In this document: positions 19,868 to 28,943 of the stretch, piece by piece
Layout of the letters: each line of letters begins with the position of its first letter
Position numbering within the stretch: position 1 is the first letter of the stretch
DNA from: Polyangiales bacterium
GTDB lineage: Bacteria > Myxococcota_A > Polyangia > Polyangiales > Polyangiaceae
Assembly: GCA_038210445.1 (NCBI GenBank)
Contig: JBBQWQ010000021.1
Span: forward strand, 53,681 to 117,680
Reading direction: 5' to 3'
DNA length: 64,000 bases
Notes under the pieces: model-generated
Seen by the model: only the letters and a program-made list of their open reading frames with translations
The model's database searches: none
Told to the model about the DNA's origin: nothing
Position numbers and translations under genes: made by a program

Positions 19868-20392
19868 ATGTTGCGGCAGGCAAACAACTTCGCGCTGTGC
19901 GAGACCGGGCACAAACTGCCGCTGGTGGCGGAAGCCGACGCGCTGGACGGACGCGCCTCGGTGCGCCGAAAGTGGCGCCGGTGGGCGCGCATCGCCCGCA
20001 CGCCCGGCCAGGATCGGCTGGACCTTCCGCACTGGCTCCTCGATCCGGCCTCGCAGGTCTACTTTCTCCTCAACCGCTGCGGCGGCGCCCCGCGCGCGCT
20101 CGAAGTGGCAGAAGCGCACCTGCGCCACGAAGGCACGTTTCGCCCGACCGTGGAGCTCTGCTTGCTCGACGCCCAGGCTGCGCTGGGGCGAATGACCCAT
20201 GCGCGAAGCTACGCGCGCATGGTCGCGGCTCGCTGGCTGCGCGCCGGCGATGGACGGCACGAGGCGCACGCAGAGCATTGGGTGCGGCTCGCGGCGGTCA
20301 TCGACGAGCTCTTCGGCCCTCGCGACGAGATCACGGTCCGGGTCGCGCGGCGGGCCAACGACGCACCGGCGCGGGTACTCCAGGACGCCTGA
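19868..20392 (+). CDS. hypothetical protein
   Basis: ATG 19868 (MLRQANNFALCETGHKLPLVAEADALDG...). Composition is diverse and GC3 is high. No family recognised. Confidence 0.4.
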   Translation: MLRQANNFALCETGHKLPLVAEADALDGRASVRRKWRRWARIARTPGQDRLDLPHWLLDPASQVYFLLNRCGGAPRALEVAEAHLRHEGTFRPTVELCLLDAQAALGRMTHARSYARMVAARWLRAGDGRHEAHAEHWVRLAAVIDELFGPRDEITVRVARRANDAPARVLQDA

Positions 20393-20541
20393 GCGCTCGC
20401 ACTACTCGAGCGTCACTTCGATCGCGGCCAGGTTGGAGCAGAGTTCCCGCGATTCGATGGCGATCGAGAGCCCTGGTCCCCTCGCTCGGTCCCCTCGCCC
20501 GGCCCCGGAGCGTTCCACGGAGACCGCCAGAGCTCACTCGC

Positions 20542-21471
20542 TCAGAAGCGAATGGTCGCGAAGGCCTCGACTTTGCGGGGTCGGCTCGGTGCCAGGAGCA
20601 GCGAAACGATGCCCGAAGCCAGCGTCACCGCCGCGCCAACGACGAACGCGGTGGCGAAGTTGCCGTAGGTGATCGCGCGATCGAGGCGGTCGAGACCGGC
20701 TTGCCTGCACGAGGCTACCCCGCACTCCTCGCGGCGCGCGGTGTCGTTCTCCACCTTCGCCGCCACGCCGAAGGTGATGGCTCCGACGGTGGCGACGCCG
20801 GAGCTGACGAGCAGGCCGATGCCCACGGGAACGAGGATGCTGCGTCGGCCGGAATGCGGCGCAAAACCAGGGGCCTCCGTCGGCGGACGCAGCTCCGGCA
20901 CCCGGACGCGCACCTCGCGCCGCTGCACCTCCACCCGCACGTGCCACGGAGTCGTTCCCGGCGCCTCTGCAGACACCTCGTGGGCACCGGTGTCCACCGG
21001 GAGCCGCATGCCCCAGGCGGCCTTGCCGAGGTCGAGCCCGTCCTGTCGGATCACCATTCCCGACGCCGGGCTGGGTACCTCGATGATCAGGTACGAGAGC
21101 CTGGGCTCAAGCTCGGCGATCTTGCTGGTGGCATGCTCTGCGCGGCGCACTTGGCCCAAGCGTGACGCCAATACCTGCATCTCGTGATAACGCACCCAGG
21201 CGCTGGCAAAGCGTCTCGTCGCCTCATAGCACTCGGCGAGGTTGAAGAGCGTCCCCGGCGCAACATCGAGGCGCGCGCTCTCCGCGAACTTGGGGCAGGC
21301 CTCCGCGGCGCGCCCCTGGTCCATCAGCGCGCGGCCTTCCTGAAAGAGCTGCTCGGCCATGGCCTTGCCGGCGTCCTCGCCGCCAAGGGGTTCGTCGGCC
21401 GACGCACGGCCAGCGAAGAGCATCGAGGTAGCGAGGAAGCACGCGGCGAGATGATGAGAACCGAGGACCAT
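20542..21471 (-). CDS. secreted TPR-like repeat protein with C-terminal TM segment
   Basis: ATG 21471 with a signal peptide (MVLGSHHLAACFLATSMLFAGRASA), helical repeats and a C-terminal hydrophobic segment. It lies 46 bp downstream of the sigma-54 activator on the same strand. Confidence 0.55.
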   Translation of the reverse strand: MVLGSHHLAACFLATSMLFAGRASADEPLGGEDAGKAMAEQLFQEGRALMDQGRAAEACPKFAESARLDVAPGTLFNLAECYEATRRFASAWVRYHEMQVLASRLGQVRRAEHATSKIAELEPRLSYLIIEVPSPASGMVIRQDGLDLGKAAWGMRLPVDTGAHEVSAEAPGTTPWHVRVEVQRREVRVRVPELRPPTEAPGFAPHSGRRSILVPVGIGLLVSSGVATVGAITFGVAAKVENDTARREECGVASCRQAGLDRLDRAITYGNFATAFVVGAAVTLASGIVSLLLAPSRPRKVEAFATIRF

Positions 21472-21517
21472 GGGGTCGGCCCTCAGCCTACCACCAGGCC
21501 TCGCGCTGCGTCGTCGT

Positions 21518-22834
21518 TCAGCGCAGAGGCGGAATACCGTGCTTGGCCTTGAGCCGATGAAAGTAGCGCCGCGCGATGCCGGACGCGCCGGCGGCCCTCG
21601 ACACGTTCCCACCGTGCACCGCGAGGATCTTGAGCAGATACCGGCGGTCGAACTCTTCGCCGAGGAGCGTGCGCGCTTGTACCAGCGGCAGATCGGCGGC
21701 CAGGAGCCGCTCGGCGATCTCGCCGATCTTCGCCTTGGCATCGTCGCGAAAGGTGGCCTCCGGGTCCACCGCATCGCTGCCGGTGGTGGCGAGCTTCACC
21801 ACCGTGCGCTGCAGCTCGCGCACGTTGCCCGGCCACCGGTAGAACTCGAAGCGACGGAGCGTCATCGGCGAAAGTACCGCGTCGCCCACGTCGAGCCCTC
21901 GCCAGAAGAAGTCGGCGAGGAGCTTGAGATCGCCCTCGCGCACCCGCAGCGGAGGCAGCTCCACCCGCGCTCGCGCAAGGATGCCGGCCAGACCCTCGAG
22001 CACGCGTCCACGCTCCACGTCGAGGTCGAGATCGCGTCGCGAGCTGCCGACCAGGCGCACGTCGAAGGTGGGGAGCACCACCCGGTCGGCGCGCTCCACC
22101 GGCCTGCGCTCCAGGAACGCCAACAAGCGCTCCTGCGACTCGCGCGGCAGATCGCCGAGGTCCTTCAGCAGCAGTGTGCCGCCGTCGGCCCGTTCCAGCT
22201 GGCCCGGCGATCCCTTGGTGCCGAAGAGCCGTGCGTCGACGTCGGGCTCGGTGGCGTCGCAAACCACGAAGGGCCCGTCGGGTCGTGGACCTTGCTCGTG
22301 AAGGACCTCCGCCAAGAGCTCCTTACCGGTGCCGGCCTCGCCCTCCACCAGCGCCGGCGCGCGCGAGGCGGCCAGCTGCGCCAGCAACGGATACAGCCGA
22401 CGCATCACCGGGCTGCCGCCGAGGACCCGTCCGAAGCTTCCCTGCTTGCCGAGCCCGCTGCCGTCGGGTGTGTCGCTCACCGCCTCGGCCATGAGCACCG
22501 TGCCACCGATGCGAATCTGCGCGCTCTCGTTCATCTCGGCCTGGAACACCCGAAGCCCCGACACCACGACGCCGTTGGTGGACTCGAGATCGTCGATGCG
22601 AAGCGCGCCGCCCGAGACCGTGGCGGCGAAGTGCCGACGCGATACCGAGCGATCGCGGAGGCGCAGCGCGCAGGCCTCGCTCGTGCCCACCAGGTAGCGC
22701 GTCTCGGGTCCCACCACCAGGAGCGAAGCTCCGGCATCGGGGCCCGAGATCACGTGAAGCTTGAAGGCGACGTCGCCGATGCCCTTGCGTCGCGGCAGCG
22801 ATTCGGTTCCCGGGTCGTGCTTGGGCTCCGCCAT
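21518..22834 (-). CDS. sigma-54-dependent transcriptional activator with N-terminal FHA domain
   Basis: ATG 22834. FHA domain (YLVGTSEACALRLRDRSVSRRHF...STNG). Sigma-54 AAA+ domain (GEAGTGKELLA, GAFTGA-like region, ESELFGH-type GTLLLKDLGDL). C-terminal HTH. Confidence 0.85.
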   Translation of the reverse strand: MAEPKHDPGTESLPRRKGIGDVAFKLHVISGPDAGASLLVVGPETRYLVGTSEACALRLRDRSVSRRHFAATVSGGALRIDDLESTNGVVVSGLRVFQAEMNESAQIRIGGTVLMAEAVSDTPDGSGLGKQGSFGRVLGGSPVMRRLYPLLAQLAASRAPALVEGEAGTGKELLAEVLHEQGPRPDGPFVVCDATEPDVDARLFGTKGSPGQLERADGGTLLLKDLGDLPRESQERLLAFLERRPVERADRVVLPTFDVRLVGSSRRDLDLDVERGRVLEGLAGILARARVELPPLRVREGDLKLLADFFWRGLDVGDAVLSPMTLRRFEFYRWPGNVRELQRTVVKLATTGSDAVDPEATFRDDAKAKIGEIAERLLAADLPLVQARTLLGEEFDRRYLLKILAVHGGNVSRAAGASGIARRYFHRLKAKHGIPPLR

Positions 22835-22921
22835 AACGCTTCGAGGAGAGCGCGACCCGAGGGATATTGCAATGGGACGTGGCGGCGCCGGCGAAGTGAT
22901 AGCCTTTGCTGGCGCGCCGTG

Positions 22922-24379
22922 ATGCCTGCTCAATCCGACGATAGCTCGACCCGCGAAGGCGGCACTCTGCCCGGCGGCGCCGTGGCCGCGGTGGGCGAGC
23001 GCGTGGGTCGCTACCGGCTGTTCCGCCCCATCGCCTCGGGAGGTATGGGCACCGTGTACCTGGGCTGGCTCGAGAGCGACGGCGGCGTGACGCGTCCCAT
23101 CGCCGCCAAGGTGATGCACGCGCAGGGGCCCGCGGCGGAGCGATTGACGCCCATGGCCCTCACCGAGGCGCGCATCGCGTCGCGCATCCGGCACCCCAAC
23201 GTGGTGAGCCTCACCGACGTGGTGACCGGCGTTCGAGGCCCGGTGCTCATCCTCGAGTACGTCGCCGGCGATTCGCTCTCGCACCTGCTCGAGGCGAGCT
23301 CCCATGCGGTCCCCTGGCCGGTGGTGGTGCGCGTCATGGTCGACGTGCTCGAAGGGCTCCACGCGGCGCACGAGGCCACCAACGAGAGCGGGTTGCCACT
23401 CTCGGTAGTGCACCGCGACGTCTCGCCCCACAACGTGCTCGTCGACGAAGCGGGCATAGCGAAGATCGCCGACTTCGGCGTCGCCAAGGCCCTGGAGCGC
23501 GCTTACACGACGGAGTCCGGCGAGGTGCGCGGCAAGCTGGCCTACATGGCGCCGGAGCAGCTCGACGGAAAGGTGGTCGATCGCCGGGCCGACGTGTGGG
23601 GCGCCGGCATGGTGCTCTGGCAGATGCTGGCGGGCACCCGCCCCTTCGCCGGCCTCGACGTGGGCCCAACCATGAAGCGCATCGCGACCGGCGCGGTGGA
23701 CGATCCGACCACCGTACGCGATTGTCCGGAGGCCCTCGCCCGGGTGTGCTTGCGCGCCGTCTCCACCGATCTCGACGCGCGCTACGCGACCGCTCGCCTC
23801 ATGGCCATCGATCTGGAGCGGGCGCTGGCGCCCGCCTCGCACCGGGACGTCGGTCGCTGGGTGAAGCGAACTGCCGGCAGCGAGCTGGCCGCACGGGCCG
23901 CGCTGGTGAAGGAGATGGAGAGCCTGGCGCTTCGCGAGCGGAGCGGCGCGGTGCCACGACCCGCCGTGCAAGCTCCCGCGTCAGCGGCGCCGTGGGCATC
24001 GACTATCAGCGTCGGTACGGGCCGGGCTCGTCCGCTCGCGCTCCGCTGGGCGATGCTGGGCACGGGGCTCCTGGCGATCGCTGCAAGCGTGGCGGTGGCC
24101 GCGCGCGGGATGCGTTCTTACGACCCCGGTACGCCCTCGGCGGCAGCCTCGTCCGCGAGCTCGCCGGCAGGCCCAACGGCGCACGCCGCACCCACGTCGC
24201 AACCGGAGCGCCCCGCGCCGCCGGACCCGGGTTTGCGTGCGGGGGTCGTCCCCTCCACGCGGCCAACGTCGCGTACCTGGCCGCCGCGGGTGACGCCCAC
24301 CGCATCGGCCACTGCGACAGCATCGGCCACGCCGGCTCCCACCGCCGCCGATACCCTCGGACGCAACCAGCGTAACTGA
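22922..24379 (+). CDS. Ser/Thr protein kinase with TM segment and Pro/Ala-rich C-terminal tail
   Basis: Hanks kinase motifs (GGMGTVYLG, AAKV, HRDVSPHNVL, DFG, APE). The N-terminal 480 codons of the listed 969-aa ORF are antisense to the activator gene and are rejected. Confidence 0.85.
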   Translation: MPAQSDDSSTREGGTLPGGAVAAVGERVGRYRLFRPIASGGMGTVYLGWLESDGGVTRPIAAKVMHAQGPAAERLTPMALTEARIASRIRHPNVVSLTDVVTGVRGPVLILEYVAGDSLSHLLEASSHAVPWPVVVRVMVDVLEGLHAAHEATNESGLPLSVVHRDVSPHNVLVDEAGIAKIADFGVAKALERAYTTESGEVRGKLAYMAPEQLDGKVVDRRADVWGAGMVLWQMLAGTRPFAGLDVGPTMKRIATGAVDDPTTVRDCPEALARVCLRAVSTDLDARYATARLMAIDLERALAPASHRDVGRWVKRTAGSELAARAALVKEMESLALRERSGAVPRPAVQAPASAAPWASTISVGTGRARPLALRWAMLGTGLLAIAASVAVAARGMRSYDPGTPSAAASSASSPAGPTAHAAPTSQPERPAPPDPGLRAGVVPSTRPTSRTWPPRVTPTASATATASATPAPTAADTLGRNQRN

Positions 24380-24390
24380 CGCCAATCTGG

Positions 24391-25572
24391 CTACGGCTTT
24401 GCCAGGCGCAACACGCCGCCGCCGTAGAGGCCGACGTAGATGGCCTGGTCGTCGACCTCGATGTCCTGCACGCGATCGAGGTTCGTGAGCAGGGTGGTGG
24501 CCTGGGTGCAGCCCGCGATTGGGCACGCGTACACGCCGCCGGTGAGCGTGCCTTCGTTGCCCTGGGTTCCCCAGTACACCGTGGTGTCGTCGGCGGTGAC
24601 GCAGTTGGGGAGCACCGCGGCGTTGAAGTAGGCAGTCTGGCTCGTGACGTCGGCGGTGTCGGCGCTGCGCACGAAGCCAGGATTGTCTTTCAGATCGCCG
24701 GCGGTCCAGAACACCCGGCCGCGGCGCACCGCAACGCCGCCGCTGATGGCCGAGCCGCGCGCCTCGCCCACCGGGGTTGCCCCTCCCAACCCGGAGAGCG
24801 GAGCCCGGAAGAGGGAGTTGAGGATGGACTTGTAGTATACATACGTATCGTCCACCGCCAGCTTGAAGGGTCGCCCTGCGGTGGCCAGTGGCACCGCGTT
24901 CGCGCCGTCCCATCGCGAGACGGTGCTGCCCCCGTACTCGGCGAACACGAACGTGTCGCCGGTCCGCGCGCCGGTCAGCACCACGTCGCTGATCTCCGGG
25001 ATGGCAATGACACGGCTCGGCGAGCCGGCGCACCCCTCCTTGGGGCAGCGGTACACGCCGCCGCCAGCGGCGCTCGTATCGCCGGAAGCCCACACCACGA
25101 GCGCGCCACCCACATCGATGCCCCACGCCGCGGTGGTGGTGCCCAACGTCTTGGCGTCGGTGCCGTCCTTCTTCACCCGGCTCACCGCACCCGAGGCGTA
25201 TGATGTAAAATACACGTAATCGCCTTCGAGGGCCACGCCGCGTACGTCGGAGGCAGCCCCGATGCGAACCGGCTGGCACTTTCCGCCGGCGCACGTGCCA
25301 CCGAGGCAGGAGTGGCCACAGCGGCCGCAGTTCTGGTCGTCGCTATCGCGGGCCGGCGCTCCCTCCACGCACGCCTCTGCGTCGGGAGAGCCCGCTTCGC
25401 CGGTGCCCACCTCGACCGGCGCGCCATCCGAGGCCGCATCCGAGGCCGGGTCGAGCGGTGGCTTCTCAATGCCCAGCACCTGGACGCACGCGAAGGAAAC
25501 AGGGAGGCACGCGAGCGCGAGGACCGCGCGACCGGCCACCCTGCGGCGCCACTTTTCCGTTCGATCAGACAT
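24391..25572 (-). CDS. secreted Cys-rich/beta-propeller-like protein of unknown function
   Basis: ATG 25572 with a signal peptide. It carries a CGRCGHSCLGGTCAGGKC module and repeated VY(W/F) strand motifs. Confidence 0.55.
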   Translation of the reverse strand: MSDRTEKWRRRVAGRAVLALACLPVSFACVQVLGIEKPPLDPASDAASDGAPVEVGTGEAGSPDAEACVEGAPARDSDDQNCGRCGHSCLGGTCAGGKCQPVRIGAASDVRGVALEGDYVYFTSYASGAVSRVKKDGTDAKTLGTTTAAWGIDVGGALVVWASGDTSAAGGGVYRCPKEGCAGSPSRVIAIPEISDVVLTGARTGDTFVFAEYGGSTVSRWDGANAVPLATAGRPFKLAVDDTYVYYKSILNSLFRAPLSGLGGATPVGEARGSAISGGVAVRRGRVFWTAGDLKDNPGFVRSADTADVTSQTAYFNAAVLPNCVTADDTTVYWGTQGNEGTLTGGVYACPIAGCTQATTLLTNLDRVQDIEVDDQAIYVGLYGGGVLRLAKP

Positions 25573-25940
25573 GAGCTCCGCTCCCAGCAAACCCTAGCCC
25601 TCCCTTTTGCGCAAGCTAGCCTACGCCGCAGCAAGGAGCGGACCATCGGCGGGTAGCGCGCACACGTACGCGAAGAGCCAACGTGTCATCCCCGGTCTTC
25701 ACGCGCGGCGCGCGCCTGTAGCTCGAAGAAGCCAGGGGTATCCCGCGCGAACCCTGGAACCAAGAGCGAAGCTTCGTCGTGACCGCGACCGGGCACGGCG
25801 AGCTCTCGAGGTCCCTATTCGCCGATCCTCCGAATGGGTCGCCCCACCGGGACCTGGCGGCCCCAGCCGCGAGCTTCGGCGCCAATTGGCCAGATTTGCA
25901 CCATCCGGCGGGCGGCTCGACGATTGCTCATGTCCCTTTC

Positions 25941-26579
25941 ATGCACACGAGCACCTCCTGTCGAATCCTCCTCACTTGCCTTCTGGTAACCACCGGCTGC
26001 GCGTCGTTGCCGGCGCCCACCGGGGTCACCGCCACCGGCGAACCGCTCTCGGTTCAGGAAGAGACCCACACTTACACGTACCGCACCAAGGAACGCGTAG
26101 GCGAGGTGGTATCGCGGGACGCGCACGGCCACCGCTCGACCTCGACCATCTACGCTGATCGGCGGCGCACCGGCCACTACAAGGAGTGGACCGGGTACCA
26201 AGGCAGCACCGCCGTGAGCGACGACGATCTCTTCCGGCTGGCGAAGGACCAGGCCGCGATTGAAGAGATCCAGAGCTCGCGGGAGTCGGGGGTGACCCTG
26301 AATCGCATCGGGTGGGTGACGACGCTCCTCGGCGTCGGCGCTACCGGCACCGGCATCGGCCTGGCGATGGCCAATACCAACGAGGAGCGCGGGTTCTTCG
26401 ATAGCCCCGTGGCGGTCGGGTTGAGCCTCGGCGGCGCCGTGCTGTGGGGTGTCGGCGTCTATCTGGTGACGCACGGAGCCGCCAAGGCGCAAGACAAGCA
26501 CCCGCTGGAGCAAAAACGCGCCGAAGACGCCGCCGATCGCTACAACAAGTCACTCCCGACGGAGGCTGCAGAGAAGTGA
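25941..26579 (+). CDS. lipoprotein of unknown function
   Basis: ATG 25941 (MHTSTSCRILLTCLLVTTGCASL, with a lipobox) and C-terminal TM-like segments. Confidence 0.5.
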   Translation: MHTSTSCRILLTCLLVTTGCASLPAPTGVTATGEPLSVQEETHTYTYRTKERVGEVVSRDAHGHRSTSTIYADRRRTGHYKEWTGYQGSTAVSDDDLFRLAKDQAAIEEIQSSRESGVTLNRIGWVTTLLGVGATGTGIGLAMANTNEERGFFDSPVAVGLSLGGAVLWGVGVYLVTHGAAKAQDKHPLEQKRAEDAADRYNKSLPTEAAEK

Positions 26580-26629
26580 CCGGCACCGCGAAATTCGCCC
26601 CCGCTCGGTGGCCCCGGTAAGCTTACCGG

Positions 26630-27082
26630 GTGATCCCCCGACTGCAGAGCGCCGCGACCCTTCTCGCCCTCGCCACCACCGCTGCGCCCGATATCCTCTC
26701 CTGGGGCCGCCTCAAGGAGACCCTCCGCGACACGGTTGACGCAGACCCCATGGACGCGGCGCTCGGCTTCATCGGCACCGCATCGCTCCTCTTCTACGTG
26801 GCCGAGAAGGGGGAGAACCCCAAGGTCGAGACCCTGGGCGATGCCTTCGTGTTCATCTCCACCTGCATGTCTGTGGGCTACTCCGACATCTTCGCGCGCA
26901 CCGAGGCCGGCAAGGCGGTCGCGACGCTGGTCATGACCTACGGCCCCGCGCTCAGCGCCAACATCCTGCGCAAGGGGCCGGAAGATACGCGCATCGTCCA
27001 GCGGCTCGACAAGCTCATCGAAGCGCTCACCCCTGCCAGCGCAAGCGCCGGCGCCGACGGCACCGTCCCCGGCTCCCGCTGA
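26630..27082 (+). CDS. two-TM pore-loop cation channel (KcsA-like fold) with variant GYS selectivity filter
   Basis: 150 aa with TM1, a pore helix, the filter CMSVGYSD and TM2 (a TVGYGD-like signature with Gly replaced by Ser). Confidence 0.6.
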   Translation: MIPRLQSAATLLALATTAAPDILSWGRLKETLRDTVDADPMDAALGFIGTASLLFYVAEKGENPKVETLGDAFVFISTCMSVGYSDIFARTEAGKAVATLVMTYGPALSANILRKGPEDTRIVQRLDKLIEALTPASASAGADGTVPGSR

Positions 27083-27861
27083 TGGCCGGCCTCCTCGCTC
27101 TGCTCGTGGGCTATCCGGCGGTGGTGTACACCGTGGCCCTCGGCGTGGTGCTCGTCTACTGGTTGTTCGTGGTGCTGGGCGCCGTGCACATCGACACCAG
27201 CCACGCCGACGGCGCGCTCGAGGGCGCCCTCGACGGCGGCGACGTGGGTGACGTGGGCGGCGGCCACCATGGCGACGTGGGCGGCGATCATGGCGGCGGC
27301 GACGTGGGCGACGCAGGCGACGGCGACGCGGGTGGCGATCATGCCGGCGAAGGCGATACGCCCGGCGGGTCGGTCAACATGTTGGCCGCGCTCAAGCTCC
27401 GCTCGGTGCCGGCCACGGTGAGCCTCAGCTTCATCATTCTGTTCGCCTGGATCATCGCCGTCATGGGGATGAACTGGGCGAGTCACGCATTCCCCGGCCT
27501 CTCCACCGCGCTGCTGGGCACCGCCATTCTCCTCCTGGCGCCCCTGCTGGCGCTCCCGCTCACGTCGCTTGCCATCCGTCCGCTGGCGCCGCTCTTCAAG
27601 CACCGCACGGCGACCCGGCAAAAGGAGCTGGTGGGAAAGATCTGCGTGGTGCGCACCGGCACCGTCGACGACACCTTCGGCGAAGCCACCCTCGAAGACG
27701 GCGGCGCTGGGCTGGTGGTGCGCGTGCGCATCGACGCCGGCGAAACACTGAAGCGCGGCGAGCAGGCGGTCATCGTGGGGTTCGACGAGGAGAAAGACGC
27801 CTTCCTGGTGGCGCCCATGTCGGCGGCCGAGCTCGATCCGCCGCCGCGGGCGCGCAAGTAA
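27082..27861 (+). CDS. NfeD/YqiJ-like membrane protein with C-terminal OB-fold and His/Asp/Gly-rich linker
   Basis: The start overlaps the channel stop (TGATG). N-terminal TM segment, a (GDVG/GDHGG)n linker, further TM segments and an NfeD-type OB-fold (GKICVVRTGTVDDTFGEATLEDGGAGLVVRVRI...GEQAVIVGFDEEKDAFLVAP). Confidence 0.6.
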   Translation: MAGLLALLVGYPAVVYTVALGVVLVYWLFVVLGAVHIDTSHADGALEGALDGGDVGDVGGGHHGDVGGDHGGGDVGDAGDGDAGGDHAGEGDTPGGSVNMLAALKLRSVPATVSLSFIILFAWIIAVMGMNWASHAFPGLSTALLGTAILLLAPLLALPLTSLAIRPLAPLFKHRTATRQKELVGKICVVRTGTVDDTFGEATLEDGGAGLVVRVRIDAGETLKRGEQAVIVGFDEEKDAFLVAPMSAAELDPPPRARK

Positions 27862-27869
27862 CCGGGACT

Positions 27870-28832
27870 TCAGCGCGGGGGCGGCGGCAAATCGCGGCAG
27901 GCGGTACCGAACTTGTCGATGGCCTCCTTGAGGCTCTTCGAGAGATCGCCGTCGCAGATGCTGCTGAACACCGCGTTCTTGCCGGTTGCGGTGACGAAGT
28001 CGCCGAGGCGCTTGGCCTCGGCCGCGGAGCCGAACGTCGAGGTGCAGCTGGACTTGCCCGCGATCACCGCGGTGGCCCAGCGCGCGCGATCGCCGGTGAG
28101 CCCGTCGAGCATGGCCACGAAGTCCTGGGGCTTCTCCGCGCCTTTGAGGTCGCTGCACACGTCGCCAAAGCCTTCGTCGAGGTCTTTGGCGGCGTAAGAG
28201 CAGTCGTCTTCGTCGGTGAGGAAGACGATGGCGAGGAGCGCATCTTTGCGCAGGAAGCCGGCGTTGGTGCCGTCGGCGACGCGATCGGTGAGCGCCATCT
28301 TCATGCACTGGAGCGGCATCTCCTCGGAGGGGCCGTCGGTGCCCACGGTGGCCCGGCAACCGAACGACGCCGCAGCCTCGCCGCGGTCGAGCCAGCGCTT
28401 GGCGCCGCCGCAGTTGTTTCGGAACGCGCCGTCGTCGCCCTTCACGTCGTCTACCGTGATGCCGAAAGGCCCCTTGAGCTTGTACGACTTGCCGGTGGTG
28501 GTGACGGCGACGCGGTAGTCGAGCGGACCATTGGGGCCGCGGGTGGCGTCGAGGACGCTCACGAACTTGGGAAAGTTGGCGGCGAGGTTGGTCTGCTCCT
28601 CGGACATGCTGCCCGAGTTGTCGACCACGAACAGGATGTCCATCTTGTTGCACCCAGCGCCGCTATCACTGCCGCCGCCGCCGCCGTCGCCGGTGGGAAA
28701 GTCGAGGCCGTTCCCGCGCGCATCGCCGCCCGCATCGGCGCCGTCCTCGAACGTTGCGGTACCCGCGGCGCCGCAGGCCACCGAGACGACCGCGAGAGAG
28801 GCGAAGAGAGCAAGACCGAGGACGCGCTTCAT
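27870..28832 (-). CDS. von Willebrand factor A (VWA) domain lipoprotein
   Basis: ATG 28832 with a lipoprotein signal (MKRVLGLALFASLAVVSVACG). MIDAS motif ILFVVDNSGSMS. Confidence 0.75.
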   Translation of the reverse strand: MKRVLGLALFASLAVVSVACGAAGTATFEDGADAGGDARGNGLDFPTGDGGGGGSDSGAGCNKMDILFVVDNSGSMSEEQTNLAANFPKFVSVLDATRGPNGPLDYRVAVTTTGKSYKLKGPFGITVDDVKGDDGAFRNNCGGAKRWLDRGEAAASFGCRATVGTDGPSEEMPLQCMKMALTDRVADGTNAGFLRKDALLAIVFLTDEDDCSYAAKDLDEGFGDVCSDLKGAEKPQDFVAMLDGLTGDRARWATAVIAGKSSCTSTFGSAAEAKRLGDFVTATGKNAVFSSICDGDLSKSLKEAIDKFGTACRDLPPPPR

Positions 28833-28943
28833 GGCGGGAGTTTGCGAGGAAGGCCCTGCGATCGCCACCTGCATTTGGCAACCCAGCGCCTATTTTTATG
28901 GCGTTCGGTGCGCTTTCCCGAGCGCACCGAGGGTCGCGCGCGC

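Noticed and set aside
19516-21165. 549-aa plus ORF and several 150-230-aa ORFs around 19.4-21.2 kb
   Set aside because: They are low-complexity and Arg-rich. The region is better explained by the OM-like gene (minus), a 175-aa hypothetical (plus, 19868-20392) and the secreted TPR gene (minus).
21470-22921. N-terminal half of the 969-aa plus ORF upstream of the kinase
   Set aside because: It is antisense to the FHA-sigma54 activator and has no motifs. The kinase starts at ATG 22922.
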